A program made the translations under genes and the position numbers. 64,000 bases of DNA. It comes from Eledone cirrhosa. Lineage: Eukaryota. The DNA is taken from assembly GCA_964016885.1 (NCBI GenBank), contig OZ024742.1, positions 25,792,001 to 25,856,000 on the forward strand, given 5' to 3'. The notes beneath the pieces are model-generated. The model was given only the letters and a program-made list of their open reading frames with translations, did not search any database and had not been told where the DNA came from. Shown one piece after another: positions 55,470-64,000 of this stretch. Position 1 is the stretch's first letter. Every line of letters starts with the position of its first letter.

Positions 55470-55472
<3 letters not shown>
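55343..55472. repeat. 130-bp spacerless palindrome made of two back-to-back hammerhead cores
   Basis: Centre TCCTCAG|CTGAGGA (55407/55408). Minus strand: CTGAGGA-tctgctaaggt-GAAAC aatt GTT. Plus strand: CTGAGGA-tCCgctaaGGt-TAAAC aatt GTA. Confidence 0.85.
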
Positions 55473-55505
<33 letters not shown>

Positions 55506-55644
55506 GAAATGCCTTGAAAACGATAAACATGTCTGAGGGCCTTGCGAATGCAGAGACATGTTCGATTTATAATAGATCCTGCCATGAGCTGATCGTCGGA
55601 GAAACCTATGTAATATGTTAATAAATTGTGTTTTAATGCAGACT

Positions 55645-55679
<35 letters not shown>

Positions 55680-56269
55680 GCATAACCAACTTTTGGCCGC
55701 AGAAATATTAAGAACATTTTTAATTTCAAATGTGTTCAAGGTGTCACTGTTGCATTTCTTTCTGTTTCAATAGCAAACTTATATTATATGAACTTTCAAC
55801 TATTACTTATAGTGTGCGACTAATATTATTGTAGTTATTTGCGTTGAGACGCATGTATTCCTATATATATATATATATCTATCTATATATATATACAAAT
55901 ATAAATTTAGCGAGAATCCTATTTCGGCGAGTAGAAATTAGCGAAATGCAACTTCCGATTTGTATTGGCAAGCGCTCCATGGAGCAGAAGAGACCAGAGT
56001 CATAAACATAAGTTATAAACGCCATACAAACTGAGACGGCGGTTAAGAAGCTATTAACCACCTAAGTAAAAAAAAACGAGCAAGCTAAGCGGGTCAAACA
56101 AAATATGATATGATTGAAATATATATATATTTATATAACGTGTGTGTACGTACGAATACGCAGTTGCATATCTGTTTTTTTTTCGGGATGGGGGGATGAG
56201 GGGCATAAATCTAGTTTTCTTCCCTGGCTACCGAATTAACGTAACCTTACTTTTCGACAAAAGAAGATT

Positions 56270-56790
56270 GATACACTACGTAACAGTAGGGTATAAGAGC
56301 GTCAACAACAGACTACTGATCAAAATCATCCTCTCTTCGGATGTGTGCCAGCCTAAAGCCGCCTTAAATCCAAGAAAAGTTTCCTAAAGAGCGTCACAGC
56401 CCCTAGGATCATCAAGCAAAAGTAGTGAAAGAGTCACACGCTGGAAAGAAAACTTTAACAATCTCCCATCTGTAACAACAATAGAGATAAAGGCGAGCGA
56501 GGCACGCTCTCTTGGAACAGATACAAACGATGCAGTTTGGAAATGCCTCAACGGGTTAAGATCTGGTTGGTCATGCAAAAGCCAATCTGGCAAAAAGGAG
56601 ATATTTAAAGGGTGGGGACGTTGTGTGTGTGACTGCGGCATCGAACTAAAGTACGCAACACTTTCTTATATGCCCCTTACTGGAACACCCCTGAACAGCA
56701 TTGGACTTGGCAGAGTTTAATGAGAAAAGACACCTGTGGCAGAATCGCATCTAGCCACGCTTTGTAGCCGACACGCTTGTGGACACGATC
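56270..56790 (+). pseudogene. Decayed 3' end of a LINE (Ingi/Vingi-like)
   Basis: Frameshifted motifs RLKSKKSF, WKCLNGLRSG and CDCG...QHFLICP; clade call is from recall of motifs. Confidence 0.5.
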
Positions 56791-56952
56791 GGAAGACCAG
56801 AACACATAACGATTATGATGCAGCATGGCCGTAATCAAGTAGAGCGAATAGAAGTCAAAGCTCAGCAGAATAATAACAGTGATAAAATAATAACACACAT
56901 ACCCCCCCCCCCACACACACACACACATACATATATATATATACGTATATAT

Positions 56953-57054
56953 AAACGTTGCCCCCAAAAATGTATACACAAAGGCAGTGCAGTCTAATAA
57001 ATATTGCCAGTACAGGTAATCAAAGTGTGTATACGTTTTTTCTGGAACAGCCTG
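56953..57054. mobile_element. MITE, second copy of the 41937 family
   Basis: Shares AAAAATGTATACAC...CTAATAAATAT...GTACAGGTAATCAAA..GTATAC; ends CCTG|TA. Confidence 0.6.
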
Positions 57055-57357
57055 TATATATACACACACACAAGTAAATAATATACAGTATATATAGGAT
57101 GTACCAAAAATATGAAAGTGAAACAACAATAGAGGAAGATATATCTAAACCATGAAAGTGTGATTGTCGACTCATGATAAATATCTTGTATGGATACAAT
57201 ATACGTTTATGCTTGATAAATATAAGATAACGCATAGTTCACTATACACTGTGATATTAATAGGTTATATGTGGCAACTGGTAATAGTTTTGTCTATTGT
57301 ATATACACGCACAAACACATACATACAGACACACACATAAACATATATACATACATG

Positions 57358-57461
<104 letters not shown>

Positions 57462-57576
57462 ACTGTAAGCGTTTGTATGTAGGCATGTCTAGATGTTCAG
57501 ATGTTCGAATAAAAAGATACATATATAAGATGCAAAGAGAGATTGAAATATATATATTTATATATATATATGCATG

Positions 57577-57649
<73 letters not shown>

Positions 57650-57744
57650 ATTTATATATGTATGTGTATACACACACATATATACATATATACACATGTA
57701 TATATACTCATATAGATATATATACACACATACATATATATATG

Positions 57745-57791
<47 letters not shown>

Positions 57792-58479
57792 TTATTTAGA
57801 GTGGCGAAGAGAGGAGAGAGATTGATTAATAGTGAATAAAAATACTTAGAGTCTGTCAGTAGGACCAGCATTTATATAGACATTTATGTCCGTATACCAC
57901 GTATATTGAGAGATTCAATAGGAAATAATTGCCTTCCGTATGTTTGTCTAACATAGGTTGATGTTGTTGAGGTTGTGTGGATGTGTGTTTATACTAGCAT
58001 GCGTATATATATGAACACATATTATATTACATATATATGAATTAGTGTCTATATATATATAAATACAAATAATTATATATATATTCACGCACACACACAC
58101 ACACACACATATATATGTTGGTGCGAATTAAAGTCGTTAGAATGTTGGACATGATGTTTTGCCGGTTGTGTTTGCTCTGATTTGAAATCCCACCGAGGTT
58201 AACTTTGCCGTATATCATGACGAGGTCTATGAAAGCGTTGAAACACAGCAGTGTGTTCTATTCCTCCTCTACATATATTTCTCATCTCTTCAGGTAGATA
58301 CATACTACCTCCCCCCGCCCCTCTGTCTCATGTAGAAATCGGTTGTGTTCAGAGATGGGGAGGAGATCGAATTTGTTAGATTTAAATGAACAGAACACGT
58401 TTGTTGGTACGGCGCCCCTACATGTCCATACAGTCAGAACCCCACATAAAACCCTGGGTTACGCCCGGGCATTGAAATT

Positions 58480-59150
58480 GAACTGTCCCAAATTTCCTCT
58501 CTATTCCTTAGAATAACATAATCAGAGTCGGCCCATTTAGCCCTAATCTCGTGGATCTCACCCTTCTTTCATAAACGATGCTGGAAGGCCGCACCTCCCT
58601 CTGTATACTCAGCGTCCTTTTTGATGAAGGTTGGGCATCTGAAGAAGATTTCTGTCCTCAATAGCTTTAAGCGAGTCATACGCCATAGCGACCAGACAAA
58701 GAAAGAATTCTCTATCTCCCTTCTAAAAGAAGGTGGTGGTTCAATCTTCACTATAGACCTGTATGATGGACGGATCTGTCCCCCACGTGATATCATTTTT
58801 TTTTAATACAAGCCAACAAATCTTGGATGCAGGAGTTCTGGTCGATATATTACAGGGTAGTTTCGTCACCGTATGTGCGTCTCGAAGAGGTCTAAGAAAT
58901 TGTCTTGAACTTGTATTGCCCCTCAGTAGCACTGCACTGCCAAGAAACTTTGTAAAACGTCCTAATCTCCGGCGTTAATGTCCTCCAGAATAGTCTGTTT
59001 AGACAGTCCTTGTCGACGCCAAGAGCCGATCCCAGGCCATTGTCACTCTCACCTTCTACTAACCCTCTATAAAACGCAATTTTTGTTTTCTGGCCACCTA
59101 TTGCGTTGTTCAGTTAGTAAAATGTCGTGAGCGCCTGCAAGCATTCAAGA
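58480..59150 (-). pseudogene. Old Tx1-type ORF2 C-terminal fragment
   Basis: Decayed homology to 59507-60200 (GAGTCGGCCCATT; EPPPSFRRE...VWSLWRMTRLK). Confidence 0.7.
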
Positions 59151-59196
59151 TACCAGTCGCTCAACACCAACAACAATAATAATAGCATTAATAATA

Positions 59197-59246
<50 letters not shown>

Positions 59247-59506
59247 TTTCTTTATTAACCACAAGGGTTTACATAAAGTAGACATTAAGGACAGTGCAGG
59301 ACAATGCAGGACGGTACAAATGGGCATTTCTGCGTGTAAAAAAACAAAAACAGAGGAAAAAACAAAAATAACAATGAAAATAACAATGAAAAATTCCCCA
59401 ATAGGGGGGAGACTTCGGAGGGATATTTGTGGAGAAAGCCCAGTAAAAAGCCACAATGACCCTGACCACCAAGGCAAGTGCCCTCTCCCAGTTTTCCACC
59501 TTTAGT

Positions 59507-62500
59507 TTACAGATATATACTCAGAGTCGGCCCATTCACTCGGGCCATTCTTGCTTCTCTCACCCATCTTTCAACAAAATGCTGGGAAGAGAGCACTTCC
59601 CTCTCTACTCTGATTTTCCTTTTCAAATGAAATTTGAAAAAGTCAATCAGAGCATCACCGAAGAGGTAAGTGCTCGTCTTCAGCCCTTTCAAACGTGTCC
59701 ACCATACTATCTCTTTCGCCATGGCCACCAGACAGATAAAAACTGCCTGCCCTTCGCGGCTAAAGGAGGAGGGCGGGGCAATCCTCACGATGGACTCAGA
59801 TGATAGCCGGATCCGTCCTAAACGCGACAGCAGGTGTTCGAACATAAACCCACAAGTCAGCAATTTTCGGACACTGGACGAGTGCGTGCAGGACGGTTTC
59901 GTCGCCCTGCGCGCATCTCGGACATGCCCGGCTGACGGCACCTCCATGCGTGTAGAGTTTATCCCGAACTGGCAAGGCTCCTCGGTAGCACTGCCAGGCA
60001 AGAGATTTCTGGAAGTTGTCCATAGGCCCCGGCCCGAAAGTTCTTCCGAAGAGATTGGCTAGTTGATTTTCGTCGACGCCTAGAGTTTCCCCAAGTACGT
60101 CGTCGCTCTTACCCTCCACTAATCCTCTATAGAACGCCGAGGTGGAGTTTCCACCGATCACATTGCCCGATTGGTCGAGGGCTGTGAGCGCCTGAAGACA
60201 TTCCAGTCTCCAGGCGCTCCCTCTCGGTCTTCGCTTGACCCAGGACTGCAGCTCCGTCAAGGAAACGAGCTGGGGAAATACGCGCCTAGCAAACGGCGAC
60301 CACACCTGATCACCGTCGAGGAAGAGGTGGAGATGTCGTAGCCTGAGCGCGTGCCTGCGCATCATCAGCCACGGCATGCCCAGCCCTCCACGTAGCGGGT
60401 GTTGACAACAGATGGACCGCCTGACCATCGGAGCACGTCCCTTCCACAAAAAGCGAAAGAGCAAACGCTCCAGCGCAGTCAGGCGAGGCTTAGGACAAGG
60501 TACGACGGTCAGGTGGTAGCAGATGACAGACGCGATGTACGCGTTAGCCACCTCCGCTCGACCTTTCAGGGATAGCTTCCTCTCCGCCCATTTCTGGGTG
60601 AGAGAAGCCACCCTGCTCGTCACCTCGTCCCAGTTTTTGTCCGTCTAGAGGTCCGGACCGAACCAGACCCCTAGCAATTTAACCGGTCCGTCCGTCCAGC
60701 GTCCGACGACGCTGTTGGACGGCATGGACCTGCCTCTCCAGGTGCCGAGCTGCAGGCCCACTGACTTTTCCTGGTTGATCATTGCTCCTGTCACCGCTTC
60801 GTATTCTCTTAGTGTAGTGCCGATCGCCTCGATGTGTTTGGCGTTCGACACCACTACGGTGACATCGTCCGCATATGCTGACACGGATCTTCCGCATCCT
60901 AGTTCGCGCGGGACGCCCCTCAACGTCTCCAGTTTGTGCAGTAATGGCTCGAGAGTCAATACGTACAAGAGGGACGAGAGGGGACATCCTTGGCGGACCG
61001 AGCGCATGATGTTGAACGGTTCCGACAGGTGACCGTTCACTCTCACCACAGAGCAGATGTTGCTGTGCATGGCAGCGATCCAGCCTCTGAAGACGGGCCC
61101 AAAGCCAGCCGCCCTCAGGACTGCCGCTAGGTAACGATGGTCGACCCTATCGAAAGCTTTCGACTGATCTAAATTGATCAAGGACCCACCCGTGCCAGGT
61201 TCCCTAGCTACCCTCTCTACGATGTATCGCATGAGGTGGAGGTTGTCGTGGATGGATCTGTCGGGAATGGCGCATGTCTGCGCCTCTCCCACCAGACCAC
61301 AACGACAAGCGCCAACCTCTTTGCTAGCACCTTGGCCAAAATCTTAAACTCTGTGTTTGGCAGAGTTATGGGCCGGAAATTTTCTATGTTATCCCCCTTG
61401 TTCGGATCCTTTCTCAGCAGGGCCACCGCTCCTCGGCTCACAGAACTGGGAATTCTCCCGTCCTGTTGCCAGTTGCAGTAGACGTCCGCCAAGAGGCCTC
61501 CGAACAAGTCTGGCATCTGTACGTAAAGTTCATAGGGCAGACCATCCAAACCAGGCGATTTACCCCTTGTGCAGCCAGTCATTGCCTCACTTACTTCAGC
61601 GGCTGTTATCGGCTTTTCGCAACACTTCGCCTCAGTGGCCGGGAGCCGCGGCAGTCCGTCGAGGTAGACACTAAAGTCCATCCCTCTACCCGGCCCACCG
61701 CTGCCCCCGAACAGCTGAGCGAAGTGTCGCTGAAAAGCTTCACACATTTGCCCGGGATCGAGTAGCATGCGCCCGTCGTGGTCCACCAAAGACCGGATCG
61801 TGGCTTTGTTGCCACGACGCGCCTCCGCCACTCGGGCCCATTGAACGGCTTTCGTCCCCTCGTGTCTGAGAGCACGCACCCTTGCTCTGACAACGCAGTC
61901 TTCGTGCTTTGCATTGAAGAATTGGTCAAGGGCCAATTTCGCCGTAAGCACGTCGGTCGCAATACCTTTGCTAAGCGCCTCGTCTAATTTTCTAACTAGT
62001 TCTCCCTCTGCTCTATTTTTCTCTATTGCTAAAGCCTTACTAAACCTAATGGATTCTATTCTAATCTCTCTTTTCAGAGCAAACCACCACTTGTTGTTGA
62101 CGATGGCCCCCGTCAACGCCCGCTTAACTAGTTCGCTAATCCGGTCTCTGTAGGCCTTGCGCGCTGGTAAGGACGCGTTTAGCTCCCAGTAGCCGGGTCC
62201 TCGTCTATGAAGCCTATCTAAGTCAAGCACACAGATCACGAATTTGTGGTCCGTGTAGCTGACTATCTTGAATTGTTGACAGCCTATGCTGGACCTATCT
62301 ATTTCCCTACAAAATACTCTATCTAGATATGATCTGGATGACCCTATGCGATTTGTCCAAGTCCACATTGGCACATTCGGGAAATCCAATCGGTACCTGT
62401 CAGACAGTTCAAAACGCCTGAGCAGGTTGGTGAGGCTCTTGCACCCTCCACCCCTATCCGCTAATCCCACACAGTCCCAGCGTGCATCTAAGATCCCGTT

Positions 62501-62928
62501 CCAGTCGCCCACTAACACTAAAGAGCGGGACGTTCCAAGAAAGGTCTCCAGACGCCGGAAGAAATCAGGCCGCTCTGCTCCTGTCGGGGCATAGACGGCC
62601 ACTAGCCTGAAAGCTTGCCCGTCTCCACTGGTCACGTCCAGCACCACCAGCTTTCCCTCTGTGTCCAGGAAGACGGGCCCGTATGGCGAGATCCAAACCT
62701 CTCCGAAAAAGCACAGCAACTCCTCCCCCCCGATTCAGGACGGCTGGGAGATTCGTACACATCTTAGCCGCCGAAGATCGGTGCGAAGACCCGTGCTTCG
62801 GAGATTCTGGTCTCGCTGATGGCCACTACATCTATGTTTAGTGACCTGAGGTCGTTGAGCAGGTGACCCTGCTTCCGTGACGACCCCAAGCCACGCGCAT
62901 TTATGCTGCCTATTCTGAGTGAGGTCAT
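59507..62928 (-). pseudogene. LINE ORF2 (APE, RT, zinc finger), disrupted
   Basis: MTSLRIGSINARGL; VAVYAP; VGDWN; YLDR; YTDH; KSPGLDGLPYE; LDQSKAFDRV; VRQGCPLS; AYADD; CPRC..ETVLHALVQC. Stop at 60645 plus frameshifts. Confidence 0.95.
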
Positions 62929-62963
62929 GTTTAAAATAGAGTGGAAAAGATGGGAAAGACCAC

Positions 62964-64000
62964 TTACCGTACTTTTCGTAGAGGAGGGATGGTTTTTACA
63001 TCCCTTTTCACTTGATCGTCTGGTGAAGGGACCGTTGAATCGTCCCTTCGGCTGGTCGTCGGCTCTTCTATGAGTATGTCTGAATATACTCTTCGATTGA
63101 TAGTTCCTCCTAGGTCCCTGAAATCACCAACTGCGTTGGGGAATTTCGTTTTAATGTTTGTGTATTGTTTCTGTGCTATTTTTAGCAGTCTTATGTTAGT
63201 TGGCGTTTTGATTGGTGCTGGTATTATGTAGTCGTGTTGTGAAATGTCTGTGTTCAATTATGTAAGTCATTAGTTTCTTGTTGTGTGTATTTATTGCCGT
63301 GCATTTGTTTTTCTGGGGGTGGGGTGTGGTTCTGCTATTTTCTTGTCGTTGTTCCTGGGTGTGTGTGTTTTGTTGCTGTGTTTGCGATGTTGGTGCTTGT
63401 GGTGGTGGTGTTGAAGGTGTTGTTGGCGGTGGGGTTGTCGCCGCGTGGTGATGGTGGTGCTAGTGTGGGTGGTGATGGTGTTGGTGGTGTTGCTGCTGTG
63501 AGTCTCTTTGCAGTAGACTTTACCCTTTTCTCATTTCATTCCTCCCTTTTCAAAGGCGACGATGCGCTGCTTCTGCGTTTGTGCCTTCTTACGACCTTTT
63601 GCCATCCCTCTCCCACCTCACACTCCATGTCTGATTCTGTGAGGTCGGGGAGGGGTACCAGCTCCACTCTTTCACTTGTTGTTGTTGGTGATGTTTGCAC
63701 TGGAGTCTCTGTTGCAGCTGCATTTGGTATTGCTGTTGTTGTTGTTAATATTTCCACTGCTGCTGCTGCTGTTTTTGATTTCCGTGGCGTGGGTATGGGT
63801 GCCACGGACCTATCGTTCCTGGTTGCCGCTTGTCCTGTTGCTGGTAGCCGTGGAGCCGGTTTCGGAAGGAGGGGGGTTTTCTCCTTTCTCAGGGTCTTCT
63901 CGTTGCAGAAGGCCATGAGGTGAGTCTTCGATCCACTGCGAAAGCATTTCGGGCGTTTGCCCTCAACACTTATGGGCAGTTGAGTGCCGTTATCGAAGTC
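62964..64000 (-). pseudogene. LINE ORF1, C-terminal part
   Basis: EGKRPKCFRSGSKTHLMAFC knuckle at about 63905-63970, a T/P-rich tail and ORF pieces 63536-63916 and 62964-63257. Confidence 0.75.

Larger units (their letters stand above)
59245..64000 (-). mobile_element. Tx1/L1-clade LINE with ORF1 (partial, runs off the window) and ORF2, ending in (ATT)n
   Basis: 3' end AATAAAGAAATC followed by (ATT)n at 59173-59244; two-ORF layout. Confidence 0.93.

Overview
AT-rich eukaryotic, non-genic DNA saturated with microsatellites and transposon relics. The tRNA-derived SINE family resembles the octopus OK-type SINE, so an octopod cephalopod is inferred. I could not support any host protein-coding exon; nearly all short ORFs in the track are microsatellite translations. 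Recognisable content: four decayed Penelope-like elements (PLEs; RT plus GIY-YIG; three Naiad-like, one Neptune/Nematis-like), three Tx1/L1-clade LINEs plus a fragment, RTE and Ingi/Vingi-like fragments, two non-autonomous Helitron-like elements, Tc1/mariner-type MITEs, many SINEs, two related minisatellites and a 566-bp triplication. The main hidden signal is a dense set of about 18 type I hammerhead ribozyme (HHR) motifs or half-motifs from several families, read by eye. Four have canonical cores (11797-11867, 26927-27008, 35585-35645, 43793-43840). Many sit at PLE 3' ends or at the centres of fold-back palindromes embedded in (TA)n, from about 70 bp up to a 2.1-kb inverted repeat. One canonical HHR appears to lie inside a Helitron-like element. 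Three divergent Tx1 families share a consensus splice donor 37-40 nt upstream of ORF2. All structures are manual predictions and have not been computed or tested.
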